From assembly GCA_043228905.1 (NCBI GenBank), contig JBHGNT010000008.1:3224001-3288000 (forward strand): a stretch of DNA of 64,000 nucleotides, given 5' to 3'. The notes beneath the pieces were generated by a model. It did no database searches, was not told the DNA's origin, and worked only from the letters and a program-made list of their open reading frames with translations. The translations under genes were made by a program, and so were the position numbers. Source of the stretch: Azolla caroliniana. Taxonomy: Eukaryota; Plantae; Polypodiophyta. Positions 26,661-39,627 of the stretch are shown in pieces; position 1 is the stretch's first letter, and each line of letters opens with the position of its first letter.

Positions 26661-29449
26661 TGTGGAACAACCACCCCCATGTTTAACACTCCCATTGATA
26701 GCCCTGCATTCCATAATAAAATAAAGTAAGCTCAGCCTGACAAAACTTCATTTCTAACTAAGTCTAGGGGAAGATATACACCTACCTTGTCCACCCCCTG
26801 TATTAGAGGTCAATGTAGCAGTCAGTGCATAAGGAATACTGTACGTCACCTGCAACACAATTTCCACTGGATTCAATCCAATAACAAAAGAAACTCACTA
26901 GAATATTGAAACAAACAAAACCAATAACAAAAGAAGCTTATCAGAATAACCAAGATGCAACTAACTGACAAAAGAAAGGCAACTAGCTAGAATAATGTTA
27001 AAAACAATCCAATAAGAAAAGCAAACCTCCAAGAATAACAAACCAATCTCATAATATAAGCAAGCCCACTATAATAACAAACAAATCCAATGATAGAAGG
27101 AAGCACACTACAATTAAAAAGAGAAGTCAACCTGGAATAACAAACCAAACCAATCAAATGACAAAGGAAACTTGCTAGAATTATAGAATAAACCAATCCA
27201 ATACTGAAGGAAACCAACTTAAAAAATGTTACAGAAACATATTCCAGAACAAAAGTACACCAACACTGTAATAACGAGTAACCAAGAAAGCAAACAAATA
27301 CTCACTGCAAGAGGTAACCCAAGAACTGCAAAGATCACCAAGGCTCCTGCTATTGAGACAGCATTCGGAGGGTGGGGCATAAACTTGGTGAGCACAGCAG
27401 TACCTATCAAGGCGGTGGTTATAATAAAATTTCCAGCTGCCCATACATAGCTTGTACCAACCTTCCGACACAAAGGTTCTACACATAATGAGAAAAGACC
27501 CAATACAACTGATTGTATCATGAGCCCAAGAGATCCCATTCTAACACCTCTCCCATAGAGTATTGAACTAGATTCATCTACAGTCGATCCTCCATACACA
27601 TCCCTACCCATCCAGTCGGTATCATATAACATGAAAGGAAACCACGCTATCCATGTCAACGCAGTTATAATAAGCACGCTCCACATCTTTGGGGGTAGGT
27701 CTCTAAATGCACAAATTAGCTCCCATAAGAAAGCCTCTCTCATTTCCTCTTCAGTTTCCATGTCATCTTCATCTTCTTCGTCATATTTTCCTTCACCAGC
27801 ACAGCTTCCTTTCCTCTCCATTCCATCATCATTTAGGAACGGAGTTGTAGAAGTTACTGCCGTCGATGATTGCTGATCATCTGGTGACCATGGTATTTCA
27901 GGCGCAGCTGTTATGCTTAGTATAACAGTGGTAAACAATACCAATATACCAATCAAAAAGGCGCATTTAAGGTTGGCACAGCTCATTCCACAGGCGTCAG
28001 TCCTTGAGAATGGAAAGATTTTATACCAACTCTCCACTGAACCTGCTGCATACCCTAGCACATTCCCAACTGCCATGAAAAATGAGAAGAACGAATTTGC
28101 TCTTCTTGTTCTCTTCTGATTTTTACCTGCAACCGAAAACTATGTTTAGCCCATTAACAAATGTGCAAAGAATAATTAAATAAAATCAATAAACATGCAT
28201 GAGAGATACATGTATTTTAAAGCGTACATAAGGCAACGAAACCAAATTATGCACAGGATGCATTCATGCAATATTCATTTCTGATGGCATTTTCTGTATT
28301 TACATGTGATAAGGACAGTTAAAAGCGTTATCAAATTGAATAAGAGGATGTGAAACATCTACGAAAACATGCACATCTCTACTGACTGTATTTGATTTTG
28401 TTACATGCTATACAAACTCTTTACATTATCAAATTGCAGAGATGATGAATCTGAAGATGACCTTAAAAATGTAATCATAAAGACGCACACAGTATTGTAG
28501 ATAATGTTTCTCTCAGATATATCAAATGGTAACATATTAGAGAATGAATATATACATGAGGGGGGATGTTTTTATCAGACAATCTATACATATACAACAT
28601 AATGGATAATGTTTAGCATGGTCTACCTTATTTATATCCATGCTACTTCATCACAATATAATGGATATGTATACATATAAGGGATATTGTGCCAAAGTTG
28701 ACAAATCAAAAGGTCATATAGACATAATATAATAGATTATGTTCATCTTAGAGGCATCCAGGCTTATTAAACACAAATATACATACACACACATGAAGGA
28801 ACGATCTCAGACATTGTCATATACAGACATGCACCAGCATAGGAGATCATGTTATTCCTCAGATGCTTCCATTCATATTCAAATGAACGAACACAATGAT
28901 AAAGAACACTATCCAAAACATAACATATATAAAGCATGCGTGAAGCCATAGAGAGAAAGATTTGAGGGAAAAACCTGTGAAATCAGCAAGGAGAGCCCTA
29001 CAAGGTCCTTGGAGAGTATTATTAGCAAGATCCAAAATCCAGAACCCAAAAACGAAGATCGTGATCGCCCTAGGTCGATACAAGGGAGAATCACCAAGGA
29101 AGAAGCCTAGGTCTGCGGCATAACCAATGAGAAGGACGGCCAAGATGACGAGGAAGGTGCCCATGACGATGAAGGGGCGCCTCCGCCCATACTTGCTCTG
29201 GCAGTTATCACTAGAATGACCAATGAGGGGTTGCATAATGAAGCCAGAGATGGGTCCACATAGCCAAATGTAGCTGGCCCATGTATGTGGAATACCTAGC
29301 TCTTGTACATAAGGGGTTAGTAGAGAGAGCTGAAGGGCCCATCCGAATTGCACGCCTGCTGCCACCGATGCTATCCTCGCTAATGCCCTCAGTGGCACCC
29401 TCTTACTACCCTTCTTGCCACTACCGCCACTGCTGCTTCCTTTATCCAT
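22325..29449 (-). CDS. SUT: Sucrose/H+ symporter, type III (SUT4/SUC4-like); exons 28975-29449, 27306-28126, 26786-26849, 26660-26703, 22325-22525 (~534 aa)
   Basis: [73 protein letters not shown] and GPLD..FGGGN motifs; all four introns GT-AG and frame-consistent (1605 nt). Confidence 0.95.
23840..24760 (+). mobile_element. Decayed LINE RT fragments with an internal duplication, in SUT intron 4
   Basis: [20 protein letters not shown], two LDLEK(A/V).D-like segments and an SVRQ.CP remnant. Confidence 0.6.
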
Positions 29450-30404
29450 GGATCACTAACCTTTCAATGATCAATCTTGTGTATTATCAGCCTCTTTAAT
29501 CAAAACAATTCAATTGCTTTTAATTTGTTTACCAGAGATGATAGTGTGGAATTTCTTGTTATCTTGATCAAAATATGGATAATCAATCCCTTTCCATTAA
29601 TACTCATGCACGTATATTATTCCTATCGATCTATCTCTATCTCTCTCTCTCTCACACACACACACACTTTTTTATTTATCAAATCTGATAATCAGGATTT
29701 TCTTATACAGTATGTGATTTTAGCAGCCTTTTTTTCACAATCAAATCTGTATCAGGCTTCTCTCATTCAAGCCATCTATAAGTTCTCTCTTTTAATCAAA
29801 GCACTTTTGGTTCAAAAAAGAAACCTATATTAATATGAGAAATGAATATCTCAACCTTAGATGTTGCATCGTAATCATCACCATCACCATCACCATCATT
29901 ACCATCGGCATTATGCAATGGCTACAGCGAATAACAGAGCAACCAAATGAACCATATCCAATTAGGGTTTAGACGCGGTTTTTATATTATATCAAGGGGG
30001 AATGAAAATCTCAATCTTTGCCAAGAAATGCGGGGCAGATGTTGCATCTCTAGCATTGGCATTTTGCAAAAGCTATAGCAAAGAAACACAGCATTCGAAA
30101 TAAAGACATAGCCAAATGGGTTTCTCTCTCTTTCTCTCTCTCTCTCAAGTTCTCTGATGGACACATGGCAACTTCAAAGAACATTCAGTGGTGGACAGAT
30201 TTAGAAAGCTTTTTCTTCCTTCCCTCTCAACATACATAGTACATACATACATACTCTGTTTCTTCACCAAAGCTCTTTGTTTACTTGTTGAGGTTTTTCT
30301 CCAAAACCCTTCATTTCATTTCCTACCAAAGGCTTCGGGGGAATCGGGCGTTGGGTTTGTCCTGTTACAAAGTCACGGGTTCGAACTATGGAATCGGTAA
30401 CTCA

Positions 30405-30870
30405 AGTATGTAGCCACATGGATGCCCCTAGGCCCTGACCATACAAGGAAAAGGAGCATGTCGTCCTGGACCCTAAACCCTGATGGATCGGAACCCCATG
30501 TATGCAACCTCGTGCATGTCCCGATGCCCTAACCTTACGAGAGCGCTAACAAGAAGAAGAAGAACATGTCGTCTTAAACCCTAAACCCTAAACCCTGAGG
30601 GATCGCGACCTCATGCATGCAACCACGTACATGTCCTGAGGCCATGACCTTACGAGAGCGCCAACAACAACATGTCATCCTAAACCCTAAACCCATATGG
30701 TTGGGAACCTTATGTATGCAACCACACGCGTGTCCTGAGGCCCCGACCTTACAAAGAGCGCCGCACACACAACAACGTGTTGTCATAGACCCTAAACCCC
30801 GATGGATCACGACCTCATGTATGCAACCTATGCATGTCCTGAGACCATGACCTTATGAGAGAACCAATAC
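30405..30870. repeat. ~105-bp tandem repeat (about 4.5 units) containing ACCCTAAACCC telomere-like motifs
   Basis: Unit starts at ~30457, 30565, 30671 and 30776 (CATGTCGTC..ACCCTAAACCC..ATGCAACC..CATGTCCTGAG..ACCTTAC). Confidence 0.85.
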
Positions 30871-30983
30871 CAAGATCCGTTTGTGCCTCACATGCATTGA
30901 GTAAATGCATCCACCCAACCTCTCTCCCTTCCATCGCGAAAGCACCAACACATTCATGCACCACCACATTGGGCACAACAACT

Positions 30984-31774
30984 TGTCCGAAAGTAATCCC
31001 ATATTGTTTGCATGTTTTCCCTTCTCTCGTACTTCATTCTTCAAGCATGGATTACCAAATTTCGAGGGTTTAACCTCGTCCGTTGTCGCGTTGTTACGCG
31101 CGTACGTGTAGAAAGGGGCGGGACCACGGGGGTCTTGGACCGAGGAGCGAGAGAGACAGAGACAGAGAGAGAGATTCACAGACACGTAGAAGCGAGAAAG
31201 AGAGATATAAAATGTAACACTTGATTACAATGACAAGAGATTACAAACTCCGACGGTTACAACCGACAAGGCGGCGACAGACCCGACACGGGGACCCTAC
31301 TCACGCACACCGACGACAGTCACACGACTCCAAAAACAAAAGGGGGAATGGGAGAGACTCTGCTGGAAGCACACGGGCTGTCCACGGAGCAGAGGCAGCG
31401 AACTCCCGACACCCGCAGAGAACGACGATCGGAGCGGAGAGAGAGAGCTCACCCTCGGTTCTGCTGCATCCCTCCTCCTTGCCCACGCGCGATATCCTTT
31501 TCCTTTTTCCTTCCTTTCCCCTTCTTGTCCCTTCGCTTTATTCCCTGTCCCTCTGACAGGGATACGCACAATCCCCCTCTAATAAATGCGTGCAACTTAG
31601 TATTTACACCCATTTATGAATCAGGTACAAAATATCGCGTCCATCCATGTAAGGGCCGGTTCATGCGTTTTCTCTCTGATTCCGCCTATGGCCGGTTTTC
31701 TTCACGACACCGTCATGAACTATGCCTTCTCAAGACATGAGTCTTGTTTTGACTCCCTTCCACAGTATTGGACA
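30984..31774 (-). mobile_element. Probable solo LTR
   Basis: TGTCCGA...TTGGACA termini; CpG-rich body with R/U5-like TGTAAT tracts on the minus strand; flanks CAACT/CAATA match only partly. Confidence 0.45.
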
Positions 31775-32340
31775 CAATAAGAGGTCATGCCAAATGATGA
31801 CCCTCGACTTAGGGGATTTATGGTTTGTTGGGTGGACGATTGTTTCTCTGGCTTCCCTTCTAAAAATACGTGGCAATTTACTATGGTTAAGTTAATTGCT
31901 TGCAAGTGTGTTCAAGCATTCAAAACCATCGTTCATTTTTAGTCCATAAAACAAATTTCCATCTACTTCTTGGTTATTTATGGCGATAAATGTATTTTTG
32001 CTTGTGAAGCTTTGGTAGATCTTAAGTGAATACATACATACTTCATAATGGTAATTAAGATAGTTGATGAAAATCATAGGACAAGAGTTGTTGGTATGTA
32101 TACATTCTCATAAAAAGAACATATTCATGATTAATTTATAGCTTTTTGTTGGATTTTTATGACATATGCACAACCCCATGCATAACATGTCCATCACCTA
32201 TGCACAACCCATCCATGATCCACTAGAACTCTACCCTACAATCACAAATTAAACCTCTTTTGATCAATGATGTTAACGGCAAGCCTCATTGAAACCATAC
32301 AAGTATCAAAATTCTATGGTACATCTATGTATTGTAAATA

Positions 32341-32616
32341 GGGAAAAATACCAGGATACCCCTGGAAGTTCGTCTAGTTACCAGAATGTCCAAAAAAGTA
32401 CACTTTATAAAGTAATTATACACTCAAATCTTTGGTAAATAGGGCTAGTTCGGGTCCATTTCTTCCATCTTTGATAAATAGGGTTTGTAGATTTGAGTGT
32501 ATAATTACTTTATAAAGTGTAATTTTTTGGACATAGGGGTAGTTTGGTAAATTTGGAACTTCCAGGGGCATTCAGGTAAATAGACGAACTTCCAGGGGTA
32601 TCTTGGTACTTTTCCC
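32341..32616. mobile_element. Mutator-like (MULE) MITE, 276 bp
   Basis: Long TIRs GGGAAAAATACCAGGATACCCCTGGAAGTTCGTCTA.../...TAGACGAACTTCCAGGGGTATCTTGGTACTTTTCCC; perfect 9-bp TSD TTGTAAATA (32332-32340, 32617-32625). Confidence 0.93.
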
Positions 32617-33442
32617 TTGTAAATATCACCTTAAAGCTAGATTGTTATACTTGTATCTGAAAAACCATGCAAGCTACGATCGCAAGTTAAAGCGTCTTTT
32701 GATTAATGATGTCAAAGGCAAGCATTATTTAAACTATATAAGTTGTTACATTATCAATTGGGACCTTATAACAACAATACTCATGATTTGCTTAACAAAT
32801 TATATAGTAATGAGTCATGAGTCAATGGATCCAGAAAGAAATGCATGGATTGCCAAAGATAAGCAGCTTCTTCGAAGAAGATTTTGAATACTTGTAACAA
32901 ATACAATGCACTCGCTAAGTGTTGTGGCACAAATAAATGACCCTATCCAATAAATAATTGCTACAATGGACATAAACCTTTGATGAAGATGGATAGAATT
33001 CATGGAATAAATAAAAAAACAATGTGTACGAGACATAAACTTGTACATCAAAGGGATATAGATGTACATCAGATCGAGTAGGCCACACACGTAAATGGAT
33101 CCCGATGAAGCTTGTGCAAGCTACCAGGGAAAACGCAGAGAGGCTCCCCGACGAGATTGCAATACCTCGAGGTATATTGAATCCTAAGACATAAAGGCGA
33201 CAGAAGAGAAGGGGGAATGATAAAATATAATACACATAAGGCACCGGTTCGAGTGGGTGTCTAGGCCTATACATATAGCATACGGAGCCCGGGAGGGGCC
33301 ATTTATTTCCAAGAGGTGGGTTGTGTGTGGAGAAATACTAGATATAGTACGAATGTTGGTACGGGAAGCATATGGTCGGGCTTCGGGTATGGGCGGGGAA
33401 ACGATTCGGGGGCGACCGCTTTAGGAAACCCACGAGAGGCTA

Positions 33443-34792
33443 CTACGATGGCATTGGTGTGTGTGGGTCGGGTCGGGTCTGGTCAGGTGACATGCGGACG
33501 ATGGCCGAGCCGTGGACCGCGTGGCATCCCATGCATCCGGCCGCCCCGGCCAACGAGACCCGGCGAGGAGGAGGAGGAGGAGGAGCCGGTGCCTTCACGA
33601 GTTTCTTGTAATTACACTTCATGCCCTCCTCCACAGATGATGGTGATGGTGATGATTGTGATGGTGATGATGATGATGGTGATGGTGATGGTGATGGTGA
33701 TGGTGATGGTGGTGATGGTGATGATGATGGTGATGGTGATGACAGTGATGGTGATGGTGATGGTGATGACAGTGATGGCGATGGCGATGGCGATGATGGT
33801 GATGGTGATGGTGATGGTGATGATGGTGATGGTGATGGTGATGACAGTGATGGTGATGATGGCTTCCCTGCTTTCTTCATCGCTCCAAGCCCCTCAGAAA
33901 CCCTAATCCTTCTCCCCCCCTCCTCCTGCTCCAATGGAAGCTTGCCTAGCAGAGGAATCGTGGACGATGTGCGACCCCTGCTACTACGCTGGACAACCCC
34001 CCTGCCGCTCTCTCTGCACACCTCCATCGCCACCAAGAAAGGGTCTTCTTCTGTGATGGAGAGACCCCCTCCTCCTGCGCCTCTCCTTCTCGCGCCAGAG
34101 CTTCTGCGGGGAGGTAATAATGCTCTTGGATCCGTGGGATTCAAGGAAGGGCTGCGAGCTGGAGGTACCGGGAGAGGTAGCATCTCAAGGTTTGGGCTAG
34201 GGTTTCGCGCTGCAGGGAATGGTGGATATGAAGGTATGTGGAGATGCAGCAGCTTGTTGTCAGTGGCGATGTGATTAGGGTTTGATGGTCTGTTGCTGTG
34301 ATTAGGAGAAGGAGAGGAGATGGGGATTCCTGGCTTCTCTTCCCAAGAGAAAGGCACCATTGCAAACACACAGTGATCCTCATCTTCACCTCCTTCATCA
34401 TTGCGAGCGGGCTTCTTCTTCTGCATCGTTGAATCATCATGAATCTTCTGCAAAGGAGGAGGATGAGTCTTCTGCATCATTGGATCATCCTGAATCTTCT
34501 GCAAAGGAGGAGGATGAATCTTCTGCATCATTGGATCATCCTGAATCTTCTGCAAAGGAGGAGGATGAATCTTCTGCATCATTGGATCATCCTGAATCTT
34601 CTGCAAAGGAGGAGGATGAGTCTTCTGCATCATTGGATCATCATGAATCTTCTGCAAAGGAGGAGGATGAATCTTCTGCATCATTGGATCATCCTGAATC
34701 TTCTGCAAAGGAGGAGGATGAATCTTCTGCATCATTGGATCATCATGAATCTTCTGCAAAGGAGGAGAAGATGGGCTTTGAAATCCACACAT
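33443..34792 (-). CDS. DUF688-like protein (VPFSWEEKPGIP motif) with expanded N-terminal 17-aa repeats and a Ser-Pro tract
   Basis: Single ORF of ~449 aa from the ATG at 34792; motifs VPFSWEEKPGIP, LPVPP and EDPFLVAMEVC are typical of this plant family. Confidence 0.75.
   Translation of the reverse strand: MCGFQSPSSPPLQKIHDDPMMQKIHPPPLQKIQDDPMMQKIHPPPLQKIHDDPMMQKTHPPPLQKIQDDPMMQKIHPPPLQKIQDDPMMQKIHPPPLQKIQDDPMMQKTHPPPLQKIHDDSTMQKKKPARNDEGGEDEDHCVFAMVPFSWEEKPGIPISSPSPNHSNRPSNPNHIATDNKLLHLHIPSYPPFPAARNPSPNLEMLPLPVPPARSPSLNPTDPRALLPPRRSSGARRRGAGGGGLSITEEDPFLVAMEVCRESGRGVVQRSSRGRTSSTIPLLGKLPLEQEEGGRRIRVSEGLGAMKKAGKPSSPSLSSPSPSPSSPSPSPSPSSPSPSPSLSSPSPSPSLSSPSPSSSPSPPSPSPSPSPSPSSSSPSQSSPSPSSVEEGMKCNYKKLVKAPAPPPPPPRRVSLAGAAGCMGCHAVHGSAIVRMSPDQTRPDPHTPMPS
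33637..33862. repeat. (GATGGT)n coding microsatellite (Ser-Pro repeat on the minus strand)
   Basis: Visible directly. Confidence 0.95.
34417..34770. repeat. 51-bp coding minisatellite, about 7 units (PPPLQKIQDDPMMQKIH)
   Basis: TCTTCTGCAAAGGAGGAGGATGAATCTTCTGCATCATTGGATCATCCTGAA repeated. Confidence 0.95.
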
Positions 34793-35308
34793 TAACAAAG
34801 GTAAATTTACTTGCTAATAAGGTAATTAACAATAACTGTGTAGAAGAAGTAAGTACTCTGACACTAGCTGATTAAGGTTATTACTAACTAATCTAGCCAC
34901 ACATTAACAAGGTAAATTTACTTGCTAATAAGGTAATTAACAATAACTGTCTAGAAGAAGGATGTACTCTGACACTAGCTGTTTAAGGTTATAACTAGCT
35001 AATCTAGCCACACACTAACAAGGTAAATTTGCTTGCTAATAAGGTAATTAACAACTAGCTGATTAAGGTTATAACTGCTAATCTAGCCACACATTAACAA
35101 GATAAATTTGCTTGCTAATAAGGTAATTAACAATAATTATCTAGAAGAAGGATTTATTTTGACACTAGCTTATTAAGGTTATAACTAGCTAATCTAGCCA
35201 CACATTAACAAGGTAAATTTGCTTGCTAATAAGGTAATTAACAAAAGCTTTCTAGAAGAAGGAATTACTCTGACACTAGCTGATTAAGGTTATAACTAGC
35301 TAATCTAG
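34785..35308. repeat. ~111-bp tandem repeat, 5 units (one internally deleted)
   Basis: Units begin CCACACA(T/C)TAACAA at 34785, 34897, 35008, 35087 and 35198. Confidence 0.92.
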
Positions 35309-37399
35309 GCGAGTAACTTGATGACCCACAAGCCAATTGATGGGTAGTAATCTAGTGGCTAATCGACGGAGTCCAATTTAAGAAGTGGGCTTCTAAGGGA
35401 TGGCACTAAGGTAATTAACAATCAAGGGTAATCAATTGTCGGTATGAGGTTTAGGGCCTAGGGTTTAGCTAGATCAAGGCCATCCACTAGGGGCAATGCT
35501 AGCTCATTGGGACAAATCAAAGTAGGTAAAATCGAAGCCACCACCTAGCCAATTGAGGAGAATGTCTCGCTCAATCAAGAAGACGCAAGTGTACCATGGT
35601 GTGTTCCTCGAATAGCTTTTATGACACTCTCCCTCTTTATACACATGCCAATATGCATCCACAAGTTTAGCACCTTGCCCGTTCGATGACAATGACCATG
35701 TCTTCGGTCCTTTTCATTTGCTAATGGGATGACATATACTCATTAACACAATATTGTCAATGTATATATACATTGTTGTGGAAAATGTATATACAATGTA
35801 TCCCCCGACCTATGATTTGGCATCACATTAACCATTGCCTTAGTGAAAAGTTTCTTTCTTCCACTATTCAAAGATGCCATGAAATAACTTAATGTTGTTT
35901 TCATTGCCCCGATGTATCAGTCTTCTTTTGTGACCATTTGCTTTGACATTCTTTAGCTAGGGGAGATGGTTTGTCTCACCTTTCGAAATATAATGTTAAA
36001 GACCCCACCCTTTATATTCCCTCCCTGAAGTCTCACTTTTAACACTTTATACATGTTTTTTAAAAGAAGTGGCCTTCATATTGAATTCGTATCGTGGCTA
36101 ATTTGCAACATTGCTTGGTCATGTCAATCGATTTTTTTTTAAATTCTTTATGTTTTATTGCTTGTTTTTTCTTGTAACATTCTTGTTCGTAATGTAGTTC
36201 ACTTGACTTGTTAAGTCTATTCCTTTTTTTCTAGTTTGAGACATTCTTTCTGACACTATGGAAGTCGTGTCTACGGTTGTTAGTAACGTTTTAAATTAGT
36301 AAAAAGAAAGTACACGCATGCAAGTGAATTCAGAATGCTTCATACAATTGAGAATTCAAAATGGTGTCTAGACTCTAGACATGATTGCATTGTTTCTTAG
36401 TTTGTATAACTTGTTTTTCAAGTTAAAATCTTATTTTACAATTCCTCATGCCATGAAACTCATCAAAGGGGGAAAATTTTGAGTTTGTATTTATTAACGA
36501 GGATATGCATGCCATTTATGTAATCCAATAATGTTGAATTTATTCTATTTGAAGAAGTGTTCTTTGGTTATACAATTTATACTTTCGATAAGGTAGATGT
36601 GCCATGCCCCGAAATTCATCCCTCGGGAAATGTTCGTTGGCATATAGATGAGTTGGTGTTGTCTTAAATAGTAATATAAGAAAAATTGTTCTTATTTGTT
36701 TGGAGTCTGGACATACGAATAAAATCCCCTATAACACGTACTTCATATGTCACACAACTTTGTAAGAGATTGGATAGGAAATTGCAATCATGACTGACAC
36801 ATCAATCCATACTTTAAGTTTGTGCTCTTGTTAGGCCTGTACTTCAACACCTCAATTATGTATAATAATGTCATGAGTTATATCATGTGTTACTATACTT
36901 ACACTATTCAAGATGGATGAGAGTTGAGACCTCTAGAATACATGTAACATCTCTCTCACATGAGTTAGATTGGATGTTACTCTCCCATCCACCATGCATG
37001 TAAATACATCATGATTTCCCCTCACTTTGTTAGGTGAAAGGCAATTCCTTTACTCGTCTTGTCCTTGTCTCTCTCATGTGAAATGTGAGTACGCGCCATT
37101 TCTCAGTCATGCGAAATGCAAGTACCCAAGAATTTATTTGCGGCATACTTGTGAAATTATTTAAGATATTGCTATTAATCTTTATGCATGGCTTGGTTTC
37201 TCTCAATGTTTAAAGTTGATGTCTAAGGATTGGGTGCCGCTGTGCCTAGGAGTAATGTAGAGTGATTAAAGGAGTGACGTGTTGCATAATTTAGTCGAAA
37301 CTACCAACAAAATGTTTACAAATTTGAAACCACACGATCAATGATTAAATTATGTTCTCATGTAAAATCAAGTTTTCCTTTTAACGTTCTAAGTATGGG

Positions 37400-37660
37400 G
37401 ATAACTATGACATTTCTTGAAGGTGAGCCTCATTGTAATAAGTTTCTATTTAATCCATTTTCACTTGGTAAATAACTTCCAAACATAATCCTTGAAATAA
37501 TATGGCTTGTTTGGAGGAGGAATGCCATTGAGGTGCAAAGATTATCAATATCGCAGTAGACTCTTGGGTTTTTCATGATTAACCTAACACATGTATTCAA
37601 TTTCCTTCTCGTTTGGTCCTCTTGGCTTGGAAATGGAACCATCTTGCACATTGCTTTGTA
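37400..37660 (-). mobile_element. Highly decayed Ty3/gypsy RT fragment
   Basis: KNPRVYCDIDNLCTSMAFLL resembles the gypsy KNGKxRVCVDYxxLNxxTxxDAFPLP motif. Confidence 0.4.
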
Positions 37661-38791
37661 TAATACAAGCCTTTATGTCTTTCCTCTACACCTAGTCTTA
37701 ATATGGAGACAATATCAAGTATGGCACATGCACATGTGCACGCACACAGATGGGGGACTTGGATACATTATTATGGGATTGTGCTCCCATTTCCATGTTG
37801 ATATCTTAATGGATAGATGCCTTGGGACATCTTAAAACCCTTGAATGAACAAAATCATTCAAGGTATTGACTTGTTGAACCATATGGTAGGAAAATGATG
37901 TAGAAAATAACAAACAATTAATATAGTTTGATTGTTTGTTATTGTTTACACCATTTTATTGAAAAAGTATGTAGCATTGTTACAACCCCATGTATAATGT
38001 ACCTAGATATATACATATAAATACATTATCTAGTGAAGTAACAAACAAATCATAAAACCAATGACACCCTGAGAAAGAATAATCAATATCAATATAAAGA
38101 TTGTATAAATATGTGGTGATAGATCCTTGCTATTCTATTTGAAGGTGTGCTTGTGTATGGATCTAGGTTGAAGCTAAGGTAAATATGAGCAAGCAATCTT
38201 GGCATCCTAGGTATCTGCACACATCAAAGAAGGAAACATCAAATTGACACATTTTGATGGACAAGATATTTTGCATCTATCATATTAAGTTGCACCACCA
38301 TCATATGGAGTTGGAGGAGAAACATATCAAAAATTGACATGATATGTCGGCAATCTATGCATTTGAACAAGTCAATGCACTCATTAGGCTAGTAAAGAAG
38401 GCAAGCCCCTTTTCTACGAGCATAATCGTAAGTGTAGTTGTAGGCTAATTTGTAAGGGTGAAGAGTGAGGATTGAGTTATCTCAGTCAGAAGTCCTATGG
38501 TAGTACATAACTTTGACAATGTGGCAATGCTCTAGCTTCATACATGTTTGTCTTTTTCTTCTTCAAACCCAAGGTGCAATCCATGTTTGTACACAGTGGT
38601 ATGAGACACCAGTGGGGGACTTGGATCCTTCTCTCACCTTCATTAGGGGGTGAGGATTCACAATATCGAAACAATGTCAAAAATCTAGAAAGTCACTTCT
38701 AATACTTGGAGCTTGCGACAAGGAGTGTGTAGGATTTTATGGCTTGTAAATCATACATAAGAAGCCCAAGATGTAGCCTCTGGAACGATAA

Positions 38792-39627
38792 TGTTAGGTT
38801 CCAGATTGTTTGGGATAAAAATATAATGATGTAAGAGGGGGGAGGTCGAGATAAAATAAAAGTGAGTATTGACTATTTTAAAGGTCGAATTATGCATATA
38901 AATTAATTAACTATTAAAAAAAATGCAACCACATATACATCGAGGCGGTGATGAAGCCATCTCAAAGAGGGTTGTAATGGGAGAAGAGACGGTTTGCCCC
39001 CCATAAAAGCCCCTCTCCCATGGTGGGAGAAAGCATGAAAAGCAAGTGAATGGAAAGCGATGAGAGGACCTCGCAAGCGTGAAGAAGGCACAACATTAAG
39101 GAGGCCGCTCAAGAAGATGGTTTATGCAAGAGATGAACCAACAAAAAAAAGCAGAAACTTGTGGAAAAGAAAAGAAAAGAAAACAAGAAAGGAGTGTCAA
39201 AGTGGATTACCTCATACACTTTATCTTAATGAGAGGTTGAGAGTTTGACTTTTGCTAAAGCATTTCTTTTGGGTAAAAACCGAAATTTGAAAGGTCAAAG
39301 TAATCACTACAAAAGGCAAAGGAAAGGAAAGTACATAGAGAAAGAGAAAAGTTGAATTGCTTTCCCATAAAAGCCCTTCTTTTGAAAGAGGGGAGGTTGG
39401 TTCAAGTCTTGCTAAAGTAGCTTTTGTCAAACAAATCTTGTAAATGTTTTTTAATCAATTAATTTTCTTTTCCCAAGAACTTTGCATATATCTCGTCTTC
39501 TTGCCATTGCACCATCCGCGATTACACCTTGTCATACCAATCGTTCCCAAGTTACAACAATCTCGTGGTTGTGAGACACAACCGCAATCTTTAAGACGAT
39601 GGTGCCTTTCCTCTTAAGATTCTAACA
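38792..39627 (+). mobile_element. Possible LTR
   Basis: TGTTAG...CTAACA inverted termini and a TATA-like CATAAAAGCCC; no TSD, PBS or PPT found. Confidence 0.3.

Noticed and set aside
26987-27305. Hydrophobic ORF extensions beyond SUT exon 2
   Set aside because: Read-through into intron 2 after the GTGAGT donor at 27305; degenerate intronic repeats
33316-34875. Plus-strand ORFs (MVMV, DGDG and ESSA repeats) antisense to the DUF688-like gene
   Set aside because: Shadow frames of 6-bp and 51-bp repeats; only the minus frame has conserved motifs
34785-35308. Regular repeat array as CRISPR-like
   Set aside because: Head-to-tail units without unique spacers, no cas genes, and a eukaryotic context; the same applies to the arrays at 48.9 and 60.8 kb
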